A DNA stretch of 64,000 nt from Eledone cirrhosa (lineage: Eukaryota). Every line of letters starts with the position of its first letter. The first letter of the stretch is position 1. Of this stretch, positions 13,762 through 28,027 are shown piece by piece. The stretch lies in assembly GCA_964016885.1 (NCBI GenBank), contig OZ024744.1, positions 114,576,001 to 114,640,000 on the forward strand. The letters are read 5' to 3'. Made by a program: the position numbers and the translations under genes. The notes under the pieces are model-generated. The model was given only the letters and a program-made list of their open reading frames with translations. It did no database searches and was not told the origin of the DNA.

Positions 13762-15251
13762 ATCCCATGGCAAGACCAGTGTGTCTCCTCTTGCAATTCC
13801 TCATTACCATCTTATCAATAAGTAACTGGTCCTTTGTACCACGTGACTTCTTTCGGCATCCTTTCTGTTCGTCCGGTAACAAGTTGTTTGTGTGGAGGTG
13901 ATGGTAGATTTCCTCAGACATAATGCTTGTCAACAGTTTCCACATTACGGACAGACATGTGATAGGTCTATAGTTGGTAACATCATTACCCTTGATTCGG
14001 TCTTTCATTATCAAAACTGTGGTACCTTTTGTCAACCACTCTGGTACCTCACCTGACATCAAGCAGTCATTGAACATGGTTGTCAGTTTCGGGTGGAGGG
14101 ATGTTAACATCCTGCTCCCATATATCCTCTCCAGAATGTTTTAGTTTGTTCCGCCTCAGGGATCAAGTCGTTGCCTCTTTCTTTCCCTTCAAGCTGTCCA
14201 AACAGCATCTTCTGGTTGTTGTCGAACATGCGGTTCTGTCTATACTGACTGACTCTGTTCTCGCATCGCCTGATTTTAGCACTCTTTGCTACAATGCGTT
14301 GCTTCAGTTCCTCTATGATGATATTTAGCCTTTTCCTCCTAGTTTTGTACTTTATTTCCAGTCTATTTTTAGTGTCCCATTCAGTAGGGACTCAAGTTTT
14401 CCAATGTCATTTCTCATTTCCCTGATTTGACCACTCAGTCGTTTCTTCCACCAAGTCTCTGATCTATCTTGTCTGTTGTTTCCTCTCGCTTTTATACCAA
14501 GTAGTTTCATCACCGTATTTGCTGTTGCTTTGAGGATATTGTTGCACTGGTGAAGGCTCCTCGCCTCAAGGTATGGGATGACTTTGTTTACCTTAGCTGT
14601 TGTTTCTTTTAACTTTGTCCTGTCTACAAATCTTAGGTTCATAGGTTTCCCACTATCATTGTTCAATTCATCTACCACTAAGTTTAGGATATCTACCAAA
14701 TCTTGTCCTAGCCCGTCAACATTCATTTCCTCAGTGGCCGTATCTCTGTTCCAGGTATTATTTATCTCAGCATTCAGATCATTGCCTGCTTCGGGTGGTT
14801 CCTCCGTTCTCTCGACCTCTTCACCTTCATTTCCCACTGGCTCGTTTGCCTGGCATACTCCACTCTCCATCTCCAAGCTAATCTCTCTGCTCAGTTCCTC
14901 CAGTTCCAGCTCGCTTATCCACCCATTAGTTCTTATTACCCGAGCCTGCCCGGCCAATTTTTGTTCATCTAATTTAAATAGACCAATCTCGTTCCAGATG
15001 TTATGCATCCGTTTCCTATAGCCTTTCTCCTTGGGGTTACTCTTCATGTAACATTGCATAACAGTTCTATTCAATTATTTCGTCCAGTTGGTTCTAGTAC
15101 CTTTCCTTCTTCTTCTTCCTCCGACACCAGCAGTATTTGGTTGACAGCCAGGTCCCTGCTACTGAGCCAGGGAGCACCTGTTGGGTGAGAGTCTGTCACA
15201 TGACATTCTAGTCTCCATTTCACCGTTATTCGAACTGTTTAGTTTCGACAT
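13762..15251 (-). mobile_element. R4/Dong-like non-LTR retrotransposon fragment (N-terminus + partial RT, internally deleted)
   Basis: VMQCYMKSNP..GYRKRMHNIW N-terminus, and RT PEWLTKGTTVLIMKD..NYRPITCL..EQKGCRKKSRGTKDQLLIDK. Confidence 0.82.
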
Positions 15252-16789
15252 TTAAACACTCTTATCGAGGATTGGCGAATTTATGGTTACATAATCACCG
15301 GTGATTTCGTCACTCCCGGTGATTTTTGTGTGGCATTATCACACTGTAGACGAACATAAATAAACAAACAAACAAACAGGCAAAAAAAAACCCCAAAAAT
15401 GAATAAGCATAAGTTTCATTGTAATGTAATGTTTGAATGTCTGACTTAGTTTTTCCCTTCCCTTCTCTGTCCGTCTGTTTGTTTTTCTCTTCATTTTTCT
15501 TTTCTTTAAGTTTTTCGTTGTTGCTGTGCTGCTTTGATTTTGATTTTTGGTTTTTTGATTTTGACCGGGTCATCAGTTCATATTTATATATTTTGATGCC
15601 TTCCTCTTTTAGTGGGGACACTACGATGTAGCAGGGGGTAGCGGGAGAGAATAGCGGCGGTAGTGATAATGAGGCAGTGGTGGTGGTGATGTGAACGTAG
15701 TACTGTAGTGATGGTGTTGAAGTTGGAGTAGAAATAGCGGTTGAGGCGACTTGACCATAGTTTTCATCGTGGTAGTGGTGGTGGTGTTGGTGGTGAAATT
15801 ATCTTTAGCTATTTAGCTATTTATTTCGACTCTAACATTCCTGATCCAAAATTAAATATTAATCTTGTTTATTAATATTGTCTAGTGATACCGCCACCTT
15901 CCCCTTTCGTAAGTTAACAGAAGATAATGGGGGAATAGCGGTGGTAGCAATGAAGGAGTGGTGGCGGCGGTGATGGGATAGTGGTAGTAATGATGGATGG
16001 GTGGTGGCGGCGGTGACTGTAGTTATGGCGTTGTCGTTACTGAGTTTTGTTGAATAGTCTGTATTTTTGTTTGATCGGTGAATCTATGGGGTTAGTCGCG
16101 TATATGTGTTGACATATTTTCTTAATATTGGAATTAAACATTTTGTGAAGACTTGAGACAATAATAATAGCAATTATAATTATTATGCTGGGATTGGTGG
16201 TGGTGGTGGTGGTGAAATTGTCGTTATCTGGCTGTTGTATTTAGTGTACACAGAGGAGTGATGGGGTAGGTGGTGTATCTAGTTTGTGGTGTTGGTGAAA
16301 TTGCTGTTATTTGGCTGTTCTATATAGTGTAGACAGAGGGGGTTTTCTTCCATTTATAACCATTTTCTTTTTTGAATGTAAAATGCATATTACAAAATTG
16401 AATATTTGAGCGATATAACAATATATTATGGATCCGAATCTTCCTGAGGCTTGAGTCTGGTGCTTTATACATCATTTGTACTAAGAATTGTTATTTCACA
16501 ATTGATTTAAATATGTTAAAAATCAAAAACTTACGGGAGCGATTTCATGACCTTCTTTCCACCATGTGCGTCTTCTTCCCATTATTATTATTATTATTAT
16601 TATTATTGTTACTATTATTATTACTTTTTTTCTTTTTTTTCCCAATTCAATGATGTTCCAGAACAATATAAAAGAGATAATTGGCGATTTAGGTTCTGCA
16701 ACAAAAAAGATAATTGGCAATAAGGGCAGGGACCCCAGGTTATCACAGCCTGGGCCCGCTCGTCATCATGCCATTGTAATAGAGCCAAA

Positions 16790-17635
16790 CAAGGCATTTA
16801 GTCTTGGCTGCTGGAACGTACGGACGCTGCTTGACAGGGATTCCTTGGAGCGTCCTGAACGAAGGACCGCTCTTGTTGCAAAGGAGCTTCGACGTTACGA
16901 TCTTGACACCGTGGCTTTATCTGAGACGAGGTTAGCTGGAGATGGTCATCTTACAGAATTGTGTGGAGAATATACATTCTTCTGGAAAGGAAGAGAGGCT
17001 GGGGTAGCATTTGCTGTTAAGACTGTTCTTGTGAATAAATTAGAAAAATTCCCAGTAGGGATTAGTGAGCGTCTTATGTCCATGAGAATTCCGCTGGACA
17101 AAGGAAGATATGCGACCCTGGTGAGTGTGTATGCTCCAACTATGTATTCTGTCGATGAAGAAAAAGTGTCCTTTTACCATGCCTTGAAAGGTATTTTAAG
17201 AAATATCCCTCAGGCAGACAAAGTCATCGTGCTTGGTGACTTTAATGCTAGAGTGGGTAGGGATTTTGACACATGGAATGTAATCAGCAGGCATGGGGTG
17301 GGAAAGTGTAACAACAATGGTATGTTCCTGCTGCAGATGTGTGAGGAGCTGGATCTGTGTGTTACCAACACCATGTTCCAACAAAAGAACAAATTCAAGA
17401 CCACATATGCAAGAAGACAAAGGTAAAGGTGTACAAGGCATGTGCGCTCTCTTGTCTTGTTTTTGCCTGAGAGACCTGGGTCACATATCGACACCACCTT
17501 AAGCAATTGGAGCGTTTCCATCAGATGTGTCTCAGATGGATCCATGGCGTTCACTGGACATCAGTGATGTCGAGATTTTGGAAAGCTCTATGTGTGACAG
17601 TATAGAAGCTCTTGTGCTTAAGCGACGACTCCGTT
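16790..17635 (+). mobile_element. RTE-clade LINE fragment (AP endonuclease joined to a 3' remnant)
   Basis: GCWNVRTL, ALSETR, VYAPT, LGDFNARVG and TNTMF, then a jump to the C-terminal LKQLERFHQMCLR. Confidence 0.88.
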
Positions 17636-17674
17636 ATATATATATATATAATGTATAAAAATCAATACAATATA

Positions 17675-17751
17675 ATTACCTCATTACCAGAGGTTTCCGA
17701 ATGAGGCGAATACGAAAGAAACGTCTTCATTCGTTCGTCAGACGAGGCAAT
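17675..17751 (-). ncRNA. Type I hammerhead ribozyme, family D
   Basis: attgcctcgt-CTGACGA-acgaatga...tcattcg-GAAA-cctctgg-TA-atgaggtaat, with a 10-bp stem I. Confidence 0.88.
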
Positions 17752-18435
17752 ATAAAACATGGGTAAATACTTGGAAAGTCTCACCAAGAAAAGCAAAAAA
17801 ACAAAAAAACAAAAAAGATATAGACAAATGAATTAGAATATGAAATATATAATAATCTTTCAAGAAATATAGTTAGGTGTGTGTATATGTATGTATATAC
17901 GCTCACAGATGTGCATATATGTGTATGCACATATGTATACGTATAGTGAAAAAGTGTGCGTAAATATATAATTTAGGGCAAATGTATCTGTATGTCTGTA
18001 ATCTACAGACAGAATAGATACATCATAAGAATATGAAGGCACGCACATAAACACACCTACACACACGTACACTTAGATGCGGAAGTAAAAGAGGTAAGGA
18101 AGTGTATTAATTAAAGGAAAGTATCAATCTCGATATATTTATAAAAATGGAACAATAATTTAGAAAGAAAAAATTAAAGAAAACAAACAAGGTACATACA
18201 TACACACACACGTATATCTCACAAAAGAAACGCAAAAATATACATGCTTATATACACACGCACACTTACACATCCATACGTTCGATACGTACACACACAC
18301 ACACACTTACATTCACGCATATTGACTTGTTTGCATGCACACACATAAAAATGAAGATGTAAAAAAAAAGGGAGGGGCAGAAAAAAGGAACCAAACATAA
18401 AACCTAGATGTAAAAACACGGATATAAAGACACAT

Positions 18436-18490
<55 letters not shown>

Positions 18491-18613
18491 GGAGGTGAGT
18501 TTTATTGTAGTACAATAAAGCAATGCAGATATCGGATAAGAAGCACTCTACAGTTTATAGGACTGGAGTATACATAATATATAAGAACAAAAGATGGTTA
18601 AAAGAGTTCCATG

Positions 18614-18684
18614 TATTTTATTATGCGCATTTCAAAAACAAACATCATCATGCAATAATATTTGTGTTTTCATCAGATAAAACA
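18614..18684 (-). ncRNA. Type I hammerhead ribozyme, family B
   Basis: Reverse complement of 18785-18855. Confidence 0.87.
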
Positions 18685-18784
18685 GGGAGACATGATATGA
18701 AGGTTAAAAAACACTTGTGGATAGTGCAGTTTTAAAAAACTGCAGAATCCACAAGTGTTTTTTAACCTTCATATCATGTCTCCC

Positions 18785-18855
18785 TGTTTTATCTGATGAA
18801 AACACAAATATTATTGCATGATGATGTTTGTTTTTGAAATGCGCATAATAAAATA
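18785..18855 (+). ncRNA. Type I hammerhead ribozyme, family B
   Basis: tgttttat-CTGATGA-aaacacaaat...gtttgttttt-GAAA-tgcgca-TA-ataaaata. Confidence 0.87.
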
Positions 18856-19089
18856 CATGGAACTCTTTTAACCATCTTTTGTTCTTATATATTATATATA
18901 TATATATATATATACACGCACGCGCGCGCACATACGTAGTCGCTCATGTACATATATAGAAAGTATACACACATTAAGGCGTTCATACATACATACATAC
19001 ACATATAAATATACATATATATATATTGATATGTATATATATATGTGTATGTATGTATATATATATAGGTATATATGTATATAAATAAA

Positions 19090-19707
19090 TGGAAAAAATG
19101 AAACAAAATTTCATTTCCCACTCTTAGTACGGCTGTTACTTATATATAAGTATGAACACGTACATACATATATGTATACAGACGTACTGTAGTATGTATA
19201 TATATATACGTACATGCACACATATGTATATGTACGTATGGATTCACCTAACATTTATTATAATGCTCGGTGTGTTTGTAAACAAACATCCCGTATTAAG
19301 CCGTAGTGTCCAGCAACCATCGTTGCTCGTTTGTTCAACACTGACAAAGGAACGCTGTACTAGTTTCAAGCTTATTAGCTATCGTCAGCAAATTGGGCTT
19401 CTCAGCCGTTAATATGCATAAGGTAAGTATATACGCTCAACAATCTTGCAGGAAGGTATACGTTGCTGACAATAGCTAATAAGCTTGAAACTAGTACAGC
19501 GTTCCTTTGTCAGTGTTGAACAAACGAGCAACGATGGTTGCTAGACACTACGGCTTAATACGGGATGTTTGTTTACAAACACACCGAGCATTATAATAAA
19601 TGTTCGGTGAATCCATACGTACATATACATATGTGTGATTGTACGTATATATATATATACATACTACTGTACGCCTGTATACATATATGTATATACGTGT
19701 ACATACT

Positions 19708-19711
<4 letters not shown>
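19090..19711. repeat. Inverted pair of family F units with hammerheads at 19352-19391 (-) and 19460-19502 (+, CTGACAA mutant)
   Basis: Same sequence as the 11527-12685 units, arranged as a fold-back. Confidence 0.85.
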
Positions 19712-19757
<46 letters not shown>

Positions 19758-19885
19758 AAAGTTCTATTTAAATTGTTGGGATACAACACACACATATTTT
19801 TATAACTGATATAAAGCACTCGACAAGTATTTGGAGTAAATATACGATATTAACAAATATTTATTTATAAAACTGGTTTATATTG

Positions 19886-19950
19886 TATTTTGTCTGATGA
19901 AGGCATACCATAATTTAACATGGTATCCTTGAAATATGTATAATAAAATA
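19886..19950 (+). ncRNA. Type I hammerhead ribozyme, family C variant
   Basis: tattttgt-CTGATGA-aggcataccat(aatttaac)atggtatcctt-GAAA-tatgta-TA-ataaaata. Confidence 0.87.
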
Positions 19951-19988
19951 GAAATGGTTTTATAAATATAGTTTCCATTTGTTAATAT

Positions 19989-20225
<237 letters not shown>

Positions 20226-20256
20226 AAATGTGTGTAATCCTTGGTACAGTTAGGTA

Positions 20257-21014
20257 TATTAAGACAGGGGGGAAGAAAAAATGGCTTCACTTGTGCTTTC
20301 AACAAATTTATTTTCTTCACAAAATCCAAAAAGAATTTTTCTTAAAAAAAATTATTTTATAAATTAAGTTGTTGGTTGTTGGTTAGGTCTTATGAGTTCT
20401 TGGTTAACGTAGGAGGTATTGTTTCGTTTTTAGAAAGACCTTTCACGCTGAGGTGCGCTTGTCAAACTGATGTGTATGTGGTGTGTTGTTCTATATATAG
20501 GGATTTAACATGTCTGTGGTGTGGTGGGGTTTCTTTTCTGCCCCTTTAATAAGTGTATGGGTGTAGGTGTGTTGAAAAAGTGTTCATAGCAGTAATGAGT
20601 TGAGACGGTGAGTAGGGTTGGGTGGGGAGAAATGTAGCAAGTGCGGCCTGCCCCGGTCATTCTCGAAAAATTCCTTTATTCAGGGGAAAAAGCTTTTAGC
20701 ATTGCTTTTGTGTTGAGAATGGTCACAGGCAAATCGCACCTGTCAAGTTTGTGAATAATTATTTTTTTCATCTTTTTTTCCTGAAGAATCTTTCTACGTC
20801 CATCCCAAAGTTAGTCCTTTGCTCAACACACACATATGTGTGCATATACGTACATACACACACGGGCATATGTAGGAATATATAGACACACACCATCAAT
20901 CACACACCCATGCACAAATACATCCACATACATACACAAAAACATATAGAGACACATATAAAAACACACATATACATACGTACACACACGAATATGTACT
21001 CATACCTCCACATG

Positions 21015-21050
<36 letters not shown>

Positions 21051-21184
21051 CACATACACATACACATATACATACATACATATATATATATATATACATA
21101 TATATAGTGAACGGTGAAACACACACATATGTGTGTGTGTAGGGATGTATGGATGTATGTACGTGTGGGTATATATGTATGTGG

Positions 21185-21246
<62 letters not shown>

Positions 21247-21279
21247 ATGGATGTGTGTATGTTTGTATGTGTGTGTGTG

Positions 21280-21315
<36 letters not shown>

Positions 21316-21381
21316 TGTATGTGTGTATGTGTGTATATATGTGTATATGTACATGTATGTATGTGTATGTTTGTATATATG

Positions 21382-21414
<33 letters not shown>

Positions 21415-21707
21415 GGATAGATATGTATGTTTATGTGTGTGTGTATGTATGTGTATGTACCTATATATATATGTGTGTGTGTGTATGTATGTGCATATAT
21501 GTATATATGTGTGTACATATGTGTATGTTTCTGTTTGTGTATATGTATGTATGTATGTAGATGTATGTGTATATATATGTATATATATGTAGATATATAT
21601 GTGTATGTGTATATGTGTCTTTATGTGCTCGTGTGTACGCACATATATATATATGTATATATGTATGTGTGTGTATGTGTATATATATGTATATATATAT
21701 GTATGTA

Positions 21708-21751
<44 letters not shown>

Positions 21752-21981
21752 CATGTACATGTATGTGTATGTATGTATGTGTGTATGTATGTACTTGTAT
21801 GTGTATATGTATGTGTATATATATATATATATATATATGTGTATATGTATGTGTATATATATATATATATGGATATATATATGTATGTGTATGTGTGCGT
21901 GTATGTGTATATATGTATATTTAGTTATGTATCTTTATGTGTGTATATGTATGTATATGTATGTATATGTATGTATATATG

Positions 21982-22012
<31 letters not shown>

Positions 22013-22115
22013 ATATATATATATATGTGTGTGTGTCTATATGTGTGTGTATGTGTATATGTATGTATATACATATGTAAATATATATATATGTATGTAT
22101 GTGTATGTGTATGTG

Positions 22116-22151
<36 letters not shown>

Positions 22152-22904
22152 CATGTGGAGGTATGAGTACATATTCGTGTGTGTACGTATGTATATGTGT
22201 GTTTTTATATGTGTCTCTATATGTTTTTGTGTATGTATGTGGATGTATTTGTACATGGGTGTGTGATTGATGGTGTGTGTCTATATATTCCTACATATGC
22301 CCGTGTGTGTATGTACGTATATGCACACATATGTGTGTGTTGAGCAAAGGACTAACTTTGGGATGGACGTAGAAAAATTCTTCCGCAAAAAAAGAAGAAA
22401 AAAATAATTATTCACAAACTTGACAGGTGCGATTTGCCTGTGACCATTCTCAACACAAAAGCAATGCTAAAAGCTTTTTCCCCTGAATAAAGGAATTTTT
22501 CGAGAATGACCGGGGCAGGCCGCACTTGCTACATTTCTCCCCACCCAACCCTACTCACCGTCTCAACTCATTACTGCTATGAACACTTTTTCAACACACC
22601 TACACCCATACACTTATTAAAGGGGGAGAAAAGAAACCCCCACCACACCACAGACATGTTAAATCCCTATATATAGAACAACACACCACATACACATCAG
22701 TTTGACAAGCGCACCTCAGCGTGAAAGGTCTTTCTAAAAACGAAACAATACCTCCTACGTTAACCAAGAACTCATAAGACCTAACCAACAACCAACAACT
22801 TAATTTATAAAATAATTTTTTTTAAGAAAAATTCTTTTTGGATTTTGTGAAGAAAATAAATTTGTTGAAAGCACAAGTGAAGCCATTTTTTCTACCCCCC
22901 TGTC

Positions 22905-22908
<4 letters not shown>
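20257..22908. repeat. Large inverted repeat (arms of about 830 bp) around a 1-kb TA/TG mosaic, probably a decayed PLE 3' end
   Basis: 20257-21090 is the near-identical reverse complement of about 22090-22908. A degenerate HHR-like stretch lies at about 22701-22735. Confidence 0.85.
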
Positions 22909-22995
<87 letters not shown>

Positions 22996-22998
22996 ATA

Positions 22999-23184
<186 letters not shown>

Positions 23185-23189
23185 ATATA

Positions 23190-23292
<103 letters not shown>

Positions 23293-24052
23293 ATTGATTA
23301 ATTGTTTAAGTTTGTTTGATAACTCCTGGTTGAGTGCTTTATTCAGTTTGTCTAAAGGGATTCATTCCTTTATCTCAAATTAAAATTCACCGCCTAAGCG
23401 GAGGTTACTTCCCTTGGAGTAAACCACGTGTCTGTGGCGACATTTAAAGCTACAACATACCCGCTCAGGCTAAGAACGAAAGACTCGGTGAAGAAGTAAA
23501 TCCTATGTTCTGTCGTCAAAAACCATTATATTGCAGACTCCTGCAATAGGAATTTGTCGATCTTGGATTTGCAGGAACTTAGCGCTGATGTTGGATGTGA
23601 TATTGTGATGTATATTGTTGATATACGATGTAAGTTATATATTTTGCACTCAGCCTCACCGCTATGTCCGGGTCAGTATAAAATCTTTTCCTGGGTCCTG
23701 TATTTTCGTTCCTCTAGTGATGCGGCTCGCTATATCTGATTTGCTAAGCTGTCTGAACGTAATGTTATTACTCTGGGGTCTTTCCTCATCTGAGTGCTCA
23801 AGCTACAGACCGATTATGCATATACGCTAGCTTGGCTGTATTCTAAAGCTTCGTCAATGCTGTACTAAAATTTGCAAACATACTCGATAGACTTTATGGA
23901 ATTGCAGAATTCAACGTTGATGTGTGCATCGAAGGCTTTGGAGAGGAGAGGACAGTATGGAACAATCCACCTGTTGTCAATAGTGAACTCTTCTGGCTGA
24001 CCACGGACTCTTATAATGGCTGTATGTGTTTTCCCACCATCCTCTGGCTTTC

Positions 24053-24415
24053 TTCTCCTATTCAGTGGGTAGCCATCATGCCCTGTTTCTCCTATACAGT
24101 GGGTAGCCATCATTCCCTGTTTCTCCTATACAGTGGGTAGCCATCATGCCCTGTTTCTGTCTCCTATACAGTGGGTAGCCATCATGCCCTGTTTCTGTCT
24201 CCTATACAGTGGGTAGCCATCATGCCCTGTTTCTCCTATACAGTGGGTAGCCATCATGCCCTGTTTCTCCTATACAGTGGGTAGCCATCATGCCCTGTTT
24301 CTCCTATACAGTGGGTAGCCATCATGCCCTGTTTATGTCTCCTATACAGTGGGTAGCCATCATGCCCTGTTTCTCCTATACAGTGGGTAGCCATCATGCC
24401 CTGTTTGTGTCTCCT
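24053..24415. repeat. Minisatellite, about 10 x 34/38 bp (tctcctatacagtgggtagccatcatgccctgtt[tctg]), inside the Helitron Rep
   Basis: Contiguous near-identical units with no spacers. Confidence 0.95.
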
Positions 24416-27049
24416 TTAGGAATTCGCGAGGAAACTTCTTGCTACATTTTCCATCTTCCATGCAAAGTGACCTTGGGTTGAATTCCCCACATGGACCATG
24501 GACCATTTGAGCTGTGATAATGTCGAACAGCCTCTGGTCTTCTGCAGGATCAGGGAGTTCTGCAGGATCAATGAGTCAAACTGGGAAGGACGGATTTTCT
24601 CGATTAGCCAGATTAGAATGTGGGCATGGGGAAGTCCACGTTTCTGCCACTCAATGGTGCATATATCACATCGTGTTGATCCAAAGATTTCGTGCTTCGT
24701 TAGGATTGACATGAGCTTCATAACTTTAAGACGGAAAACTCTTGCAATAAGGTCATGGTGGTGAGCGGACGTTTGGTCAGGAAAGAGTTCACCAGTTATT
24801 TCAGTCCACTGTGGGTTGCATGTGAAGGTGATGAAGATATCTGGACGGCCATAGTGCCTCACGTATGTCATTGTATCTTGAGTCTTCTCATGCATATATC
24901 GAGGCCTGCCTGCGAAGGTGGAAGGAAGGATGACCAACTTACCAAGCTCGTGGCCATGTCTGGCATCATTGTTCACAGCATCACGAAGGTGAGCGTAGTT
25001 GTCAACTCGAAGTTCCTTCTGATGGCTTGCAGTATAAGCAAGGTGTTAACTCTCTATCTTGGCATACATGTCAACGACAAACTGGTGAAATAGGTCACGT
25101 GCTCGGTGAAGATGATCAAAGTTGTTTGAACGGAGCATTATATGAAAGGCGTAAAAATCCATCGCAGAGACTTTCTTGTTGGTTGGCTCACCATTAGGTC
25201 CAACTTGACGAAGCAGCCAGTGGTATCCATGCTCCCCTGTTGTGTACAGAAGTGGGTAATGAAGGCCATCGAATGCTTGGTTGGTATCGGGAATTCGTTT
25301 TAGACCTTCATCACGATGACGGATGACTATATCACGCTTTCCCCCGGTGTGACGAGTAAGGACAGCTGCAACCTCTACAACGGCTGGAGCATTGAAGCGC
25401 CTACGATGCTCACCAGTTGGAACTTTGTCAGGGTGGATAATGATGTCGAAATTCATGGCTGGAGGGTTTTCAATGGCGAATTTAAAGCTTTGAATCTGCC
25501 TGTAACATGTCCTGTAACTGGCAAATAATTTCAAGTCTGGTTCTTGGGATGGCCTGATGGCGACGTATCGCTTGTGAATCTGCATCTCCAATGAAGTAGA
25601 TTTGCAAAAGCTTGTGGTCTTCGTCGGGCAGGGGTAGGAGACTTCCAGTCGTATGGTACACTTGGCCCTGTACTTTAAATGTGGGCATGTATCGGCCATG
25701 ATTAACTTCCTTTTCGGCTCCGAAGCTCGTCATTTGAAAGCAGCTATTGTATCTCCTTATGTTTGCAAGGAAGTGACGGCTATCACCGCTCTGGCCTGAG
25801 AAGAGACTTTTGAGTGTTTCCAAAGGGCAAGTGAATAGAGGCAAACTGATTTTGCCTCCACTGCAGCACATGTCTGGCGCCTCCCTGTCCCACTTGAGAG
25901 CTTGACAATGTGGGAAAATAGTGTTCATGGATCCAAGTTGAGAAACGATAGAATAGTCGACGGTGGAGTCATATCGAAAGGCTGAACCGAAGGTATTTAG
26001 GGCATCTCTGACTTGTTGACCGGCAGGGTAGGCTTCTCTGATAGGTCCAACTGTCGACCGAAGGTGTTTCTCTCTCACCTGTAGAATCATTTTTTTTTTT
26101 TTTTGTTCATTACAGGTCCTTGCAAAACTCAGTCCTACCGCTGGTCGTAAAATATTCAAATGTCCTACTCCAAATGTCCTATCATCTCCAAATGTCCTAT
26201 TCCAATGTATGTTTTTAAACGAAGCGGATCTTTTGAAACTATATCAATATTCCCATTGATTGTGATACAACTTTCTTAATAAGTAGCCAAATTATACCTC
26301 TGAAGTTCGACAGTTTTACCGAATATCTGTAGAAAAAACACAAAATATTGTGACAAATGAAACTGTTGTATGTCTGATTCATATACTTTGGTTGAAACAC
26401 GGCAAATCTATTTACTTTTAAAGGAGTTACTTTTGGAAAAGTCCATTTTGTAAATATAATATTTCGTTGTGCCGAAAGATTGGGATTCAAGATGCACTGT
26501 TAAATGATCAATGCTCGGTTCGACAAAAATCTAATGTGGAAGCATGTAGAAATTTTCTATTGATAGCTGAACTGAACTGTTGATAGCGCTGTTTGATGAG
26601 ACAATTTATATATACTTACTAGAACAATTAACGTAGAGGTTAACATTGTTGACCTGATATAAAATCTTTGACAACATTTTGATTACTGTAGGCAAACAAA
26701 TATTGATGACTGCCCTGTAATGAATTTGCTCAGAATTGTTGTACTTATGCCCTCTTAAATATCGGACTCAGTTTTACAAGGACCTGTATGGCACACTGCT
26801 GCTGTAATGCAATGTGGATGCAATCAGCTTGTGAACTCACCTGCTCTAATCTGGCTTGTACTGTCTGAACTGCTCTCCTGTCTTCTGCACGGGACCTCAG
26901 TTGCTGAAGGCGAGACTGGAGCTGCTCTTGAGACTGGGCTTATCGAATTGTTCTCGCTTGAGTCCTCATCAGCTGAAGGCGACGTTCATGATCATCTTCA
27001 GACTCTCTTGCTCTAGTAACATTTTTTCTTCTGGAAAATCTAATTTTGT

Positions 27050-27440
27050 GGCCAGGCTGGGACCTTTTGGATGGCATATCGGCTCCGTCTGTGCTTTCGA
27101 GAAATAAATATGTTTTTGTGTATGCAAAAATATCTGTGCACGGGGACACAGAAATAGTCAGGCTGGACACCTGATCGCTCGGAGTAAACCACTGGGAGTG
27201 AAGGACCCCTAGCCTTTGTCAGGGCATTCTTCTAGGAGAAGGCAACTCAGGAAACTGGGATAACTCCGGTATAAAACCTGCGGCTCAGTAGTTCCCGATG
27301 ATGTTGATCTTCTCTTCTTTTCGGGTTAGTGGGAGTGGCTCAGTGCATAGTCTTTCCTCACTTTAAAAATATCTTCGGCCAGGCTGGGACCTTTTGGGTG
27401 GCATAGCGGCTCCGTCTGTGCTTTTGTGTAGGCAAAAATA
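27050..27440 (+). repeat. SINE-like insertion with an internal direct repeat within the Helitron 5' region
   Basis: ggccaggctgggaccttttgg..ggctccgtctgtgcttt occurs at about 27050 and 27377. Similar to 12830-13010. Confidence 0.5.
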
Positions 27441-27981
27441 TCTGTATTTAAGTTTAAGCAAAGAATCGCTGCTTTCACCCTTAACGCGATTTTCTGAAAC
27501 TAAAAAAAAATCAATCTGTGAACGCAGAAGTAATTTTTTCGAAAAACGTTATCTAATGCAGACATCCAGACATACAGAGACACATAGCTATGTATCTATC
27601 TAAAAAGAAAAAGTGAGGAATGACGTATAACCGGAAGTGTTAACATTTGAAATTTTAAAGAAGCGAATATTTAAATAATGTCTTTAATCTTTTAACAAAA
27701 TTCAGAAGACAGAAATACCCTTACTTTCTTACTTGAAAAAAGTTACATCTATGGTGCCGTTTGGTGCTGTTTGGTCCAGCCGCTTGGCGGGAAGTTTGTT
27801 ACCTACATACGGCCGTCAGCTTTATAGTATAGATATATATAATATATATATACATATATATATATATATACATATAGAAAGAATGAGAAATAAAATAGAT
27901 TGAAGGGACGGGTGGGATGGAATTGGAAAAAATGTCTTTAGATAAAAATAATAGGTCCATTCATGTTGACATCTCTTGCAA

Positions 27982-28022
<41 letters not shown>

Positions 28023-28027
<5 letters not shown>

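Larger units (their letters stand above)
23865..27833 (-). mobile_element. Helitron, 5' part (Rep domain), frameshifted, helicase missing
   Basis: 5' end TCTATACTATA at 27833 (minus). CCSGGK and IRRYNSCFQMTSFG..FKVQGQVYH, LFHQFVVDMYAKIE, LPSTFAG.PRYM..FITFTCNP.W..EWQKRGLPHAH (HUH), DNRWIVPY..HINVE.C.SIKS. Confidence 0.92.

Noticed and set aside
15252-15345. Possible HDV-like ribozyme at the 5' end of the R4/Dong-like element
   Set aside because: Only a simple hairpin (atcaccgg..ccggtgat) is visible, and I could not assign a nested double pseudoknot.
15640-16340. GGT-rich stretch as a coding exon or telomeric repeat
   Set aside because: It is a degenerate trinucleotide low-complexity sequence with no consistent frame and no TTAGGG array.
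24053-24415. CRISPR-like 34-38 bp repeats
   Set aside because: There are no unique spacers and no cas genes, and the context is a eukaryotic Helitron.
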